Below are positions 52,021 through 64,000 of a stretch of 64,000 nt of DNA, one piece after another. Position 1 is the first letter of the stretch; each line of letters opens with the position of its first letter. The translations under genes and the position numbers were made by a program. This DNA is from Eledone cirrhosa (taxonomy: Eukaryota). The notes under the pieces are model-generated. The model searched no databases, was not told the DNA's origin, and worked only from the letters and a program-made list of their open reading frames with translations. Location: positions 54,498,001 to 54,562,000 of the forward strand of contig OZ024746.1 in the NCBI GenBank assembly GCA_964016885.1. The letters are read 5' to 3'.

Positions 52021-55000
52021 CTTGAATCTCAGTCATTGATGTTGGTTAACTGGAAAGTCCGTTGGATTGAATATCAAGCCACTACCTGCAGCCTCAGATA
52101 TTCAGGACGTATCGGAGGGTTCTTGCTGTTCCAAGCAAGCATGCCTTTTGAAGCGTTCCAAAAAGCGTGAAGGGGCCGATTTTCTTTAACCATCCCTGGA
52201 AACCTTTGGAGATAGTCCCCAGTGCGCCTATGACAATCGGGATCACTTTGACTTCATGGCAGTTCCAGATCCTTTTCACCTCCCACTTTAGGTCCTGGTA
52301 TCGGTTAATTTTCTCCCTCTCCTTCTCTTGCACTCTCGTGTCGAACGAGGAGGCCACATCCACAATCAGGCACGATCTTTTTTCTTTGTCCACAACCACC
52401 AGGTCAGGTCTATTGTGTTCCAGTTTTTTGTCCGTCTGTATCCTAAAATCCCACAGCACCTTCACCTGACTGTTCTCCATCACCGCCTCTGGCCTATGCT
52501 CATACCATTTCTCAGAATGTGGTAGATTGTTTACTTTGCACAGGTGCCAGTGGATCACCCTGCCCATCACATCGTGTCTCCAGCCCTTATAGTGGGTCTG
52601 GGCTAGGTGTTTACACTCGGACACAATGTGAGCCACAGTCTCCTCTCTCTCTCCACAGATCCTGCACAGTGGGCTAGCCTCCTCCTTGTAGATATGGTGC
52701 TTCAACCACTTCGTTTTGAGGGCCTGCTCCTGCGCAGCCATTAGCATTCCTTCTGTAGCCTTTTTGAGGTCTCCTCTTCTCAACCAGTTCCATGTCTGTG
52801 GATCTCTAAATTCAGTTTTCTCAAAGAAGGTACTATGAAGGGATTTTCCCTTAAGGCTGCTCTTCCTCCTTGATGTTATTTCCTCCTTGGACATCCCCTG
52901 GCCTACTGTCCCCTCCTTCAGTACAGTTCTGAGCATTGGCTCCTTACTATAGGTCACGTATTTGTATAGGTTGTTTTTCTCCATCTGAACACAGTCCTCT
53001 ATGCTGATAAGACCTCTTCCACCCTCAGATCTCCTTAGGTAGAGTCTATCGACATCACTCCTCTTGTGGAACATGTTGTAGATAGTCAATAGCTTCCTAG
53101 TCTTCCTATCCATTTCTTTTTGTTCAGCAACATTCCATCTCAGAATTCCCGCACTGTACCTAATAATAGACACAGCTCGGGAATTTACTGCGCTTATGGC
53201 ATTTCTGCTGTTCAGATGTGACTTCAATACGCTCCTTACTCTTCGAATGTATTCAGTTCTTAACAATTCCTTCATTTTTTTGTTCTTTATGCCATCAGCC
53301 TCCAGAACGCCCAAATACTTGTATCCTTCCTCAGAGTCAATTTCCTTTATCATCTCACCTGTTGGTATCTGGATCCCGTTACTTCTGCTCAACCTACCCC
53401 TCTTCATCACAATGACTCCACATTTACCAATACCAAACTGCATACATATATCACTGCTGAAAATACGGACAGTGTCAACAAGCACATCCAACTCCTTCTC
53501 ACTTTTCCCGAAGAGCTTAAGATCGTCCATGAAGAGGAGGTGATTGATGGTAAGCTCTCTCCTTCCCAACTTGTATCCTGCTCTCACTTTTCGCAGCATA
53601 ATGGTCAAGGGCATCAGGGCAAGGACAAACAACAGAGGGGACAGGCTATCTCCCTGGAAGATACCTCTCTTGATCTTCACGCTTCCCAAGGATACTCCAG
53701 TTGATGTCAACTCTGTCTCCCAGGACCCCATACTCCTGCCCAGCAACTGTCTGATGTTATCTGCCACCCTGAAGACCTCCAGGCTTTTGGTGATCCAGGA
53801 ATGAGGCACCATGTCAAATGCCTTTCTGTAGTCTATCCATCCCATGGCAAGATCAGTGTGTCTCCTCCTGCAATTCCCCATTACCATCTTATCAATAAGC
53901 AACTGGTCCTTTGTACCACGTGACTTCTTTCGGCATCCTTTCTGTTCGTCCGGTAACAAGTTGTTTGTGTGGAGGTGATGGTAGATTTCCTCAGACACAA
54001 TGCTCGTCAACAGTTTCCACATTACGGGCAGACATGTGATAGGTCTATAGTTAGTAACATCATTACCCTTGATTCGGTCTTTCATTATCAGAACTGTGGT
54101 ACCTTTTGTCAACCACTCTGGCACCTCACCCGACACCAAGCAGTCATTGAACATGGCCGTCAGCTTCGGGTGGAGGGATGTTAAATGTTTAATCCAATAC
54201 CCCTGCACACCATCTGGGCCTGGTGATTTCCAGTTGGTTAGTTTTTTGGCTTGCCCCTTAAGAGTTTCAACTGTGATACTCAAATCAGTCTGTTGTTGTG
54301 CCTTCTCACCGATCTCCCTCTGTACTGTCTCAATCCACCCTGCCTGGGCATTGTGTCTAACATCCTGCTCCCATATTCCTCTCCAGAATGTTTTAGCTTG
54401 TTCCGCCCCAGGGATCAAGTCGTTGCCTCTTTCTTTCCCCTCAAGCTGTCCAAACAGCATCTTCTGGTTGTTGTCGAACATGCGGTTCTGTTTATACTGA
54501 CTGACTCTGTTCTCGTATCGCCTGATTTTGGCACTCTTTGCTACAATGCGTTGCTTCAATTCCTCTATGATAATATTTAGCTTTTTACTCCTAGTTTTGT
54601 ATTTTATTTCCAGTCTATTTTTAGTGCCTATGTTTTTTAGTGTCCCATTCAGTAGTGACTCAAGCTTTCCTATGTCATTTCTCATTTCCCCGATTTGCCC
54701 ACTCAGTCGCTTCTTCCACCACGGCTCTGCTCTTTCTTGTCTGTTGTTTCCTCTCGCTTTTATACCAAGTAGTTTCCTCACCGTATTTGCTGTTGCTTTG
54801 AGGATATTGTTGCACTGGTGGAGACTCCTCGCCTCAAGGTACGGGATGACTTTGTTTACCTTAGCTGTTGTTTCTTTTAACTTTTTCCTGTCTACAAATC
54901 TTAGGTTCATAGGTCTCCCACTACCATTGTTCAATTCATCTACCACTAGATTTAGGATGTCAACCGAATCTTGTCCTAGCCCGTCAGCATTCATCTCCTC

Positions 55001-55625
55001 AGTGGCCGTATCTCTGTTCCAGGTATTATTTATCTCAGTATTCAGATCATTGTCTGCTTCGGGTGGTTCCTCCGTTCTCAGGACCTCCTCACCTTCATTT
55101 CCCACCGGCTCGCCTGTCTGGCATACTACACCCGCCATCTCCAAGCCATTCTCTCTGCTCATTTCCTCCAGTTCCAGCTCGCTTATCCACCCATTAGTTC
55201 TTATTACCCGAGCCTGCCCGGCCAATTTTTGTTCATCTAATTTAAATAAACCAATCTCGTTCCAGATGTTATGCATCCGTCTCCTGTAGCCCCTCTCCTT
55301 GGGGTTACTTTTCAGGTAGCATTGCATAACAGTTCTATTCAATTCTTTCGTCCAGTTGGTTCTGGCCCCTTTCCTTCTTCTTCTTCCTCCAACATCAGCA
55401 GTATTTGGTTGACAGTCAGGTTCCTGCTGCTGAGCCAGGGGGCACCTGTTGGGTGAGAGTCTGTCACATGACGTTCTAGTCTCCATTTCACCGTTATTCG
55501 AACTGTTTATGTTCGATATTTAAACACTCTTATCGAGGATTGGCGAATGTATGTTTACATAGCCATCTGTGGATCCGCCATCCCACTTGGCCCTTGTGTG
55601 GCATTATCACCACGCTGTATACGAA
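52021..55625 (-). mobile_element. Full-length R4/Dong-like non-LTR retrotransposon
   Basis: Single ORF, short 3' UTR ending in TAA-like repeats; 5' terminus ttcgt(a/c)tacagcgtg shared with the 47281-50896 copy. Confidence 0.93.
52094..55486 (-). CDS. Intact 1130-aa RT / restriction-like endonuclease polyprotein (R4/Dong clade)
   Basis: N-terminal Myb-like WTKELN..W; KSPGPDG, YRPITCL, DYRKAFD, GIFQGDSLSP, LFMDD (RT); CRICGEREETVAHIVSEC zinc knuckle; RHD, RPDLVVVD..D..K (RLE). Confidence 0.95.
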   Translation of the reverse strand: METRTSCDRLSPNRCPLAQQQEPDCQPNTADVGGRRRRKGARTNWTKELNRTVMQCYLKSNPKERGYRRRMHNIWNEIGLFKLDEQKLAGQARVIRTNGWISELELEEMSRENGLEMAGVVCQTGEPVGNEGEEVLRTEEPPEADNDLNTEINNTWNRDTATEEMNADGLGQDSVDILNLVVDELNNGSGRPMNLRFVDRKKLKETTAKVNKVIPYLEARSLHQCNNILKATANTVRKLLGIKARGNNRQERAEPWWKKRLSGQIGEMRNDIGKLESLLNGTLKNIGTKNRLEIKYKTRSKKLNIIIEELKQRIVAKSAKIRRYENRVSQYKQNRMFDNNQKMLFGQLEGKERGNDLIPGAEQAKTFWRGIWEQDVRHNAQAGWIETVQREIGEKAQQQTDLSITVETLKGQAKKLTNWKSPGPDGVQGYWIKHLTSLHPKLTAMFNDCLVSGEVPEWLTKGTTVLIMKDRIKGNDVTNYRPITCLPVMWKLLTSIVSEEIYHHLHTNNLLPDEQKGCRKKSRGTKDQLLIDKMVMGNCRRRHTDLAMGWIDYRKAFDMVPHSWITKSLEVFRVADNIRQLLGRSMGSWETELTSTGVSLGSVKIKRGIFQGDSLSPLLFVLALMPLTIMLRKVRAGYKLGRRELTINHLLFMDDLKLFGKSEKELDVLVDTVRIFSSDICMQFGIGKCGVIVMKRGRLSRSNGIQIPTGEMIKEIDSEEGYKYLGVLEADGIKNKKMKELLRTEYIRRVRSVLKSHLNSRNAISAVNSRAVSIIRYSAGILRWNVAEQKEMDRKTRKLLTIYNMFHKRSDVDRLYLRRSEGGRGLISIEDCVQMEKNNLYKYVTYSKEPMLRTVLKEGTVGQGMSKEEITSRRKSSLKGKSLHSTFFEKTEFRDPQTWNWLRRGDLKKATEGMLMAAQEQALKTKWLKHHIYKEEASPLCRICGEREETVAHIVSECKHLAQTHYKGWRHDVMGRVIHWHLCKVNNLPHSEKWYEHRPEAVMENSQVKVLWDFRIQTDKKLEHNRPDLVVVDKEKRSCLIVDVASSFDTRVQEKEREKINRYQDLKWEVKRIWNCHEVKVIPIVIGALGTISKGFQGWLKKIGPFTLFGTLQKACLLGTARTLRYVLNI

Positions 55626-56573
55626 CACACATAAACAAACAAACACACGGGCAGAAAGGGCCCCAAAAATGAATAAGCATAAGTTTCATTGTAATGTAGT
55701 ATTCGAATGTCTGACTTAGTTTTTGTTTTTTAAGTTTTACTTTTTCCCCCCTCTTCTCTGTCCGTCCGCCTGCTTCTCTCTTCATTCTTATTTTCTTTAC
55801 GTTTTTGGGGTTTCTTTTTTTGTTTTTGTTTTTGTTTTTCTCTGTTTGTTTTTCTCGTTTTTTTGCTGTTGTTGCTGTGCTGCTTTGGTTTTGTTGTTTG
55901 TTTTTTTCTTTTTTCTTTTGAGTGTATCTATATATTTTGATGCCTTCCTCTTTGTTAGTAGTAGGGATTCTATAATGTGGGAGTAGTAACAGCCAGCAGG
56001 GAGAAGTGGGAGAGGGCGGCGTTGGCGATACTGAGACAGTGGTGGTGGTGATGTCGATACCGAGGCAGTGGTGGCGGTGATGCGACCGTATTACTGTAGT
56101 GATGGTGCTGTAGCGGTGGCAGCAGCAGTGAAGGAGTCAAGGGGTGGTGGCGGCGGTGATGGGATAGTGGTGGTAATGATGGCCGTAGTGAGCGGTGGCG
56201 GTGAAGGTGAAAATGCTGTTGTGTTTAGTGTACACAGATGATGGGGTGGGTGGTGTATCTAGTTTCTGGTGTTGGTGAGTTTAGCTGTCCTATATAGTGT
56301 AGCCAGAGGAGAGGAGGGGGGGGGGGTTATTCTTCTTCCATTTATAGCCATTTTTTTTTTTGGATATACAGTGTACAATACAAAGTTGAATATTTGAATA
56401 TTTGAGCCTTATAACAATATATTTTGGGTCCGAACTTTTTGGGGCTCAAGCCGGGTGCTTTACGTAGCATTTGTACTAAGAGTTGTTATTTCACAAATGA
56501 TTTAAATATGTTAAAAATTCAAAACTTACGGGAGCGATTTCATGACCTCCGTCACCTCGTGCGTCTTCTTCCC

Positions 56574-56575
<2 letters not shown>

Positions 56576-56630
<55 letters not shown>
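56576..56630. repeat. (TTA)n microsatellite at the probable 5' boundary of the Tx1-like LINE
   Basis: Direct inspection. Confidence 0.95.
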
Positions 56631-56845
56631 GGCGCCCTACGTAGTAAATCGTATCATCGTGAGCTCCGCAAAGGTTTGTTATTTTCATTTGTTTAAAATT
56701 GGCATTTATGGAAAATTCTTATTGTTAACTGTATGTAAGTGCACATACATTGATTTCTGAAAAGGACACTCAAAAATATTGGGGCCTTGAGCCCAAAATT
56801 TAAACTTTTTATAATTATCAAACAAAAGATTTTCTTTGAAAAATA

Positions 56846-58790
56846 ATGGATGACTCAAAGTCACTCCTTCCTCACAATCTAACACCTCACACCGACACCA
56901 CCATTGTAAATATTGCTACGTTTGCCAACACTGGAAATGTAAGCAGTAGCAATATTTTAAATTTGTCTCAGGCAGACGTTCATTTACCACCATTACCAAT
57001 GACTGCAGGTGTTAAAGCCGCCACCACCACCACCACCACCACCGCGACCCCCCCCCCCCACAGCGACAACAGAAACAAAGAAAAAAATAAATTAACTCGT
57101 GATATCGAAATGAATTCAATCAAAATGAACTCTTCCACACCGAACACCACTGACGCCACCACCACCACCACAACTGAAACTAAAATTAATAATAGAAAAA
57201 ATATAATGATAACAACAACAGCAACAATGAAATTAAGAAAACTACCCTGAGTTTTGCCAGAGTAGAAAAAACGTGCGAAGCGATCCAGGCAACTCAGGAG
57301 GAATTAGAAGAAGCCCCCAAAAATGGTAAAGAAAGAAGGGTACAGGGTCAGTCTCACCCCCACCTAATAAAATGGAGCAACGTCGCCTATGCAACGTGTG
57401 TTATCGGACAATTAACATAAAATCGCGCCGAGTGGAACGGGCATCCGAGTCCCAAATCCAAAAATCTTTGGGACATGTGTCGGCAAAAAAAACTCACATC
57501 AGACGTGGGCAGAAGTATGGAACCGTGGACGTGTTCTTTGAAACACCACAGGAGGCCAGAGAACACTCCATGGCCCCATTAAGAATTGACGACTTCACAC
57601 TCGTCCCAAGCTATTGTGGCCAGAGACTTGTGAAGATCAGGGTGACCCACTTTCCACCGGCTATCGAAATTCCCTGGCTAATGGCTGCCGTCCTCGCCGG
57701 CATCGAGGCCAACACCAAGATAATTGAAATAGCGAAAGAAAAGCAGGAGAACTGGTCCGGATCTGGGATGGAGCTCCTGATCCAAGCGGACCATAAAAGC
57801 ATTGAGGAGTTCCCAGTGGTAATAGACCTCACTGACGGCAGCCACCTCACCGTAATCGTCGAGGGCAGAAGACCTAGGTGTGTCGTTTGTGATGAAGGAA
57901 CCCACCTAAGGGCTTTCTGCCCTCAGGCTAAAAAGTTGAGGCCACCTCTCTTACACACCCCAGTGACTCAACCATCAACACCACCAGCAGCAGAAATGGC
58001 AGCAACAACTGTAGCAGCAACAACGGAATCAAATGTAACAGCAACAACCCCAGCAACAGTAGCAAAACCAACACCAGCAACACCCAACGCGCCAGAACTA
58101 GCACCAGCGGCTACACCATCCACCACGCCACAACCAAAACCAACGCCTGTGAAGGATTTTCCACTCCCCGGCTTATCGCAACTGGAGACAGACTGTGACG
58201 ACGAGGAGTGGGAAACAGTATCAGGAAAAAAGAAAAAAAACGAACCAAAAAAGAAAAAATTCTCTTGCTTCCCCCTCCAAAAACAAAATACAGAGGGAAA
58301 CAAATAAATTATCAAACAAAAAAGTTAGGACAGATATTCCACCATCCACACCAGCATCAGCAACCCCATCACCACAAACACCAACACCATCACCATCATT
58401 AACCCCAACACCACCATCACCAACACCACAAAAGTCACCAAAAAGCGTAACAGAAACAAAGCCACAACAAACGCAAACAAAACAAAACAACCAAAACGAC
58501 ACACACTACACAGCATTAAATTTGAACAACAACCAATTATTACACTACATGCAACACAACACCAGCATCACAGAAAAAGACTACACAGCAACCCAAAAGT
58601 TCACACCACATTCACACATACAAGTCACTCGCATCACACAGAAAACGTACACGACACTAAAACAAAAATTCCCGAAAGACATCGGAAACTTCCGACAAAC
58701 ATTCTCCAGGAGGATTTATAAGGAAATCCTTCCGGAGGAGGCCACAAGCGGTGAAAAGGATGGACAAACCATCCTTCCTCTACGAGAAGT
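56846..58790 (+). pseudogene. Tx1-like ORF1 (RNA-binding protein with gag-type knuckle), frameshifted
   Basis: CVVCDEGTHLRAFC (CX2CX4HX4C) in 57372-58307; Pro/Thr-rich tail; frame breaks near homopolymer runs. Confidence 0.8.
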
Positions 58791-58831
58791 AAGGTATGTG
58801 GTCTTTCCCATCTGTTCCACTCCATTTCAAC

Positions 58832-61800
58832 ATGACCTCACTACGAGTAGGCAGCAGAAATGCGCGTGGCTTGGGGTCGTCATGGAAGCAGGGCCACCTG
58901 CTCAACGACCTCAGGTCACTAAACATAGATGTAGTGGCCATAAGCGAGACCAGAATCTCCGAAGCACGGGGCTTCGCACCGATCTTCGGCGGCTACGATG
59001 TGTACGCATCTCCCAGCCGTCCGGGATCGGGGGAGGAGTTGCTGTGCTTTTACGGAGAGGTTTGGATCTCGCCATACGGACCATCTTCCTGGACCCAGTA
59101 GGTAAGTTGGTGGTGCTAGACGTGACCAGTGGAGACGGGCAAGCTTTCAGGCTAGTGGCCGTCTATGCCCCGACAGGAGCAGGGCGGCCTGATTTCTTCC
59201 TGCGTCTGGAGACCTTTCTTGGAACGTCCCGCACTTTAGCGTTAGTGGGCGACTGGAACGGGATCTTAGATGCACGCTGGGACTGTGTGGGATTAGCGGA
59301 TAGGGGAGGAGGGTGCAAGAGCCTCACCAACATGCTCAGGCGTTTTGAACTGTCTGACAGGTACCGATTGGATTTCCCAAATGTGCCAATGTGGACTTGG
59401 ACAAATCGCATAGGGTCATCCAGATCATATCTAGATAGAGTATTTTGTAGAGAAATAGATAGGTCTAGCACTGGCTGTCCACAATTCAAGATAGTCAGCT
59501 ACACGTATCACAAATTCGTGATCTGTGTGCTTGACTTAGATAGGCTTCATAGACGAGGACCCGGCTACTGGAAGCTAAACGCGTCCTTACCAGCGCGCAA
59601 GGCCTACAGAGACCGGATTAGCGAACTAGTTAAGCGGGCGTTGACGGGAGCCATCGTCAACAACAAGTGGTGGTTTGCCTTGAAAAGAGCGATTAGAATA
59701 GAGTCCATTAGGTTTAGTAAGGCTTTAGCAATAGAGGAAAAAGAGCAGAGGGAGAACTAGTTAAAAAATTAGATGAGGCGCTTAGCAAAAGCATCACGAC
59801 CGACGTACTTGCGGCGAAATTGGCCCTTCACCAATTCTTCAATGCAAAGCACGAAGGCTGCGTTGTCAGAGCTATGGTGCGTGCTCTCAGATACGAGGGA
59901 ACGAAAGCCGATCAATGGTCCCAAGTGGCGGAGGCGCGTCGTGGCAACAAAGCCACGATCCGGTCTTTGGTGGACCACGACGGGCGCATGCTACTCGATC
60001 CCGGGCAAATGTGTGAAGCATTTCAGCGACACTTCGCTCAGCTGTTCGGTGGCAGCGGTGGGCCGGGTCGAGGGATGGACTTTAGTGTCTACTTCGATGG
60101 ACTGCCGCGGCACTCGGCCACTGAGTGGAGTGTTGCGAAAAGCCGATAACAGCCGCTGAAGTACGGGAGGCAATGACTGGCTGCACGAGGGGTAAATCGC
60201 CTGGTTTGGATGGTCTGCCCTATGAACTTTACGTACAGTAGCCAGACATGTTCGGAGGCCTCTTGGCGGACGTCTACTGCAACTGGCAACAGAACGGGAG
60301 AATTCCCAGCTCTGTGAGCCGAGGAGCTGTGGAGCTGCTGAGAAAGGATCCGAACAAGGGGGATAACATAGATAATTTTAGGCCCATAACTCTGCTAAAC
60401 ACAGAGTTCAAGATTTTGGCCAAGGTGCTAGCAAAGAAGTTGGCGTTTGTCGTTGGTGGTCTGGTGGGAGAAGCACAGACATGCGCCATTCCCGACAGAT
60501 CCATCCACGACAGCCTCCACCTCATGCGATACATCGTAGAGAGGGTAGCTAGGGAACCTGGCACGGGTGGATCCTTGATCAATTTAGATCAGTCGAAAGC
60601 TTTCGATAGGGTCGACCACCGTTACCTAGCGGCAGTCCTGAGGGTGGCTGGCTTTGGACCCGTCTTCAGAGATTGGATCGCTGCCATGCACAGCGATATC
60701 TGCTCTGTGGTGAGAGTGAACGGTCACCTTTCGGAACCGTTCAAAATCATGCGCTCGGTCCGCCAAGGCTGTCCCCTCTCGTCCCTCTTGTACGTATCGA
60801 CTCTCGAGCCATTACTGCACAAACTGGAGACTTTGAGGGGCGTCCCGCGTTAACTAGGATGTGGAAGATCCGTGTTAGCATATGCGGACGATGTCACTGT
60901 AGTGGTGTCGAACGCCAAACACATCGAGGTGATCGGCACTAAACTAAGAGAATATGAAGCGGTGACAGCAGCAATAATCAACCAGGAAAAGTCAGTGGGC
61001 CTGTAGCTCGGCACCTGGAGAGGCAGGTCCATGCGGTCCAACAGCATCGTCGGACGCTGGACGGACGGACAGGTTAAATTGCTAGGAGTCTGGTTCGGTC
61101 CGGACCTCCAGACGGACAAAAACTGGGACGAGGTGACGAGCAGGGTGGCTCCTCTCACCCAGAAATGGGCGGAGAGGAAGCTATCCCTGAAAGGTCGAGC
61201 GGAGGTGGCCAACGCGTACATCGCGTTGTCATCTGCTACCGCCTGACCTTCGTACCTTGTCCTAAGCCCCGCCTGGCTGCGCTGGAGCGTTTGCTCTTTA
61301 GCTTTTTGTGGAAGGGACGCGCTCCGATGGTCAGGCGGTCGATCTGTTGTCAACACCCGCTACGTGGAGGGCTGGGCATGCCGTGGCTGATGATGCGCAG
61401 ACACGCGCTCAGGCTACGACATCTCCACCTCTTCCTCGACGGTGATCAGGTGTGGTCGCCGTTTGCTAGACGCGTATTTCCCCAGCTCGTTTCATTGACG
61501 GAGCTGCAGTCCTGGGTCAAGCGAAGACCGAGAGGGAGCGCCTGGAGACTGGAATGTCTTCAGGCGCTCACAGCCCTCGACCAATTGGGCAATGTGATCG
61601 GTGGAAACTCGACCTCGGCGTTCTATAGAGGATTAGTGGAGGGGAAGAGCGACGACGTACTTGGGGAAACTCTAGGCGTCGACGAAAATCAACTAGCCAA
61701 TCTCTTCGGAAGAACTTTCGGGCCAGGGCCTATGGACAACTTCCAGACATCTCTGGCCTGGCAGTGCTACCGAGGAGCCTTGCCAGTTCGGGATAAACTC

Positions 61801-62223
61801 TACAGGCATGGAGGTGCCGTCAGCCGGGCATGTCCGAGATGCGCGCAGGGCGACGAAACCGTCCTGCACGCACTCGTCCAGTGTCCGAAAATTGCTGACT
61901 TGTGGGTTTATGTCGAACACCTGCTGTCGCGTTTAGGACGGATCCGGCTATCATCTGAGTCCATCGTGAGCCGGGAAGGGCAGGCAGTTTTTATCTGTCT
62001 GGTGGCCATGGCGAAAGAGATAGTATGGTAGACACGTTTGAAAGGGCTGAAGACGAGCACTTACCTCTTCGGTGATGCTCTGATTGACTTTTTCAAATTT
62101 CATTTGAAAAGGAAAATCAGAGTAGAGAGGGAAGTGCTCTCTTCCCAGCATTTTGTTGAAAGATGGGTGAGAGAAGCAAGAATGGCCCGAGTGAATGGGC
62201 CTACTCTGAGTATATATCTGTAA
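58832..62223 (+). pseudogene. Tx1-like ORF2 (apurinic endonuclease, RT, zinc knuckle) with multiple stops and frameshifts
   Basis: SRNARGL, VAISET, VGDWN, SYLDR (APE); KSPGLDG, FRPITLLN, DQSKAFDRV, VRQGCPLS, YADD (RT); CPRCAQGDETVLHALVQC. Confidence 0.93.
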
Positions 62224-62472
62224 ATTAAAGGTGGAAAACTGGGAGAGGGCACTTGCCTTGGTGGTCAGGGTCACTGTGGTCTTTTACTGGGCTTTCTCCA
62301 CAAATGTCCCTCCGAAGTCTCCCCCCTATTGGGGAATTTTTCATTGTTATTTTTTTGCTACATCCTCTGTTTTTGTTTTTTACACGCAGAAATGCCCATT
62401 TGTACCGTACTGTATTGTCCTGCACTGTCCTTAATGTCTACTTTATGTAAACCCTTGTGGTTAATAAAGAAA

Positions 62473-62504
<32 letters not shown>

Positions 62505-62879
62505 GCGCATTTTTACTCAATCTTATTGTAAACCCTCACTGTCCCTTATTATCATTATTGTTGTCGTTGTTGTTGTTGTTATTATTATTGATGCTGTCGC
62601 TGCTGCTGCTAATGATTATTGTGTTGTCATTGTTGTTGTTGGCCTTGCTGTTGGTGTTGTCTCCGAGTGTATATTGATTCCCCTTCATTCTATCAACACT
62701 CTCTCCTAATTTTTCACATCTAATATGGCGACTATAGTATTTTCGTTATTTCTTTTCTTTTTCTACTATAATTTACACACTCTCTATCTCTTTCTCACTC
62801 ACACATACACTCTCTCTCTATCTTTGTCTCTCTCTTTCTTTCTCACACTCTCTCACACATCCACTTTTAAGATATATAT

Positions 62880-62986
<107 letters not shown>

Positions 62987-63522
62987 ATGATATTTTTCTG
63001 TTGGATCATGTCAGGGGTCATGTGCAGTTAGTTCTTAATGAACAAGGATCCTCTTTCAATATGGTACGTTTATGGAATATAATTTACTTCATATAAGCCA
63101 ATTCTGTGAATAAATAAGTAACCAGAAACTAGTCTCTATCGATATATTGAGACGAGTGAATAATCGTTCAAATCAGATTTTTCACCCATATGAAATTTAA
63201 CAAGGCTATTAGTTTATACGTATCTGGTCTTTTAAAGAAACTTATTTAACTGCATTATCAACTGGAATATCGTTGTATAACCTAAGCATTATATAAATGG
63301 CAGAAAAAATATGTGGCTTAGGCACTGGTGGAAAAAGATTGCCCCATGAGAAATGTTTGAAACTCGGATATATTTGTTATACAATATCTGTGATATGTTT
63401 CATATTTAAACAAACCTATATATATTCATATTAATGCATACATTACACAACCATGTCTGTGTAGCGATAGAATTGGTGCAGAAAATTTGTATGTTTATTC
63501 TTCCTTTCCCTTTTTATATTCA

Positions 63523-63711
63523 AAATCATTCAAAAATGAGAAAAATCAACGCTAGTACAGCTGTTAGAACAGCCAAATGACCTCAAAGACAGGCATAAGC
63601 TGGCTGCTGGTCTGTGTTCCGAGGTATTTTTGCCCATCGCTATCTTTGAGGGGATTTGGCTATTTTAACAGCCGTTCTAGCGTTGAGTTTTTTCATTTTC
63701 TTTTATGATTT
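63523..63711. mobile_element. Imperfect foldback / MITE-like element
   Basis: aaaatgagaaaaatcaacgctagtacagctgttagaacagccaaatgacctcaaaga vs tctttgaggggatttggctattttaacagccgttctagcgttgagttttttcatttt. Confidence 0.65.
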
Positions 63712-64000
63712 TCATATACTCTCACTTTCTCTTTTTTCGAGACATTAGTGTTTATTAATTTCCTTCAGTCCTCTCGTTATCTCTAAATTTCCTTTATTTC
63801 AATCTTAATTTTCACTCATAATTTTATTGATGAAACTGGCTTTCTTTTTATTGTCCTTACTTTTCATTATTTTCCTTTTCTATCGAACTGCGAACGAACC
63901 ATGCACACAATTTATGGGATACGTATTAATTTCTCTAAAAGACAATTTTCAAAGGTTGATCCATTTGGTGTATTCAAAAGTGATCCATCGTATTATAATT

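Larger units (their letters stand above)
56630..62503 (+). mobile_element. Near-full-length Tx1/L1-clade LINE, inactivated
   Basis: ORF1 plus ORF2 (APE-RT-CCHC), aataaa at 62463 followed by (TTA)n; 5' boundary uncertain. Confidence 0.9.

Noticed and set aside
54069-55289. Plus-strand ORFs up to 253 aa opposite the Dong ORF
   Set aside because: Antisense shadows of the LINE coding strand with no domain signal
55487-55625. HDV-like ribozyme at the Dong 5' end
   Set aside because: Could not build a P1/P1.1 pseudoknot, and the would-be J4/2 (AUAAC) lacks the catalytic C in the expected position
56420-56810. Possible MITE around the (TTA)n, from ttttggggctcaag / cttgagcccaaaa inverted match
   Set aside because: Match is short with no clear target-site duplication; kept only as uncertainty on the Tx1 5' boundary

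Overview
AT-rich, microsatellite-saturated eukaryotic DNA with no recognisable host gene. The (TA)n/(CA)n density and tRNA-derived SINE families look like a coleoid cephalopod (octopus-like) intron or intergenic region; this organism call is an inference. Nearly all coding potential belongs to retroelements. (1) A head-to-tail array of R4/Dong-type RLE LINEs at (TAA)n, including one intact 1130-aa ORF (52094-55486, minus), one decayed full copy and two short 3' pieces. (2) A decayed near-full-length Tx1/L1-clade LINE bounded by (TTA)n (about 56630-62500), plus an older relic. (3) Penelope-like elements (RT + GIY-YIG) whose pseudo-LTRs carry minimal type I hammerhead ribozyme motifs. (4) An RTE fragment. 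There are also many SINEs, non-autonomous Helitrons and MITEs. The most interesting signals are a dispersed, sequence-diverse set of hammerhead motifs in short (TA)n-flanked elements, a ~2 kb Helitron foldback centred on a palindrome giving a CTAG|TC junction on both strands, and apparent partitioning of microsatellite targets among retroelement clades. Element boundaries were read by eye and are approximate.
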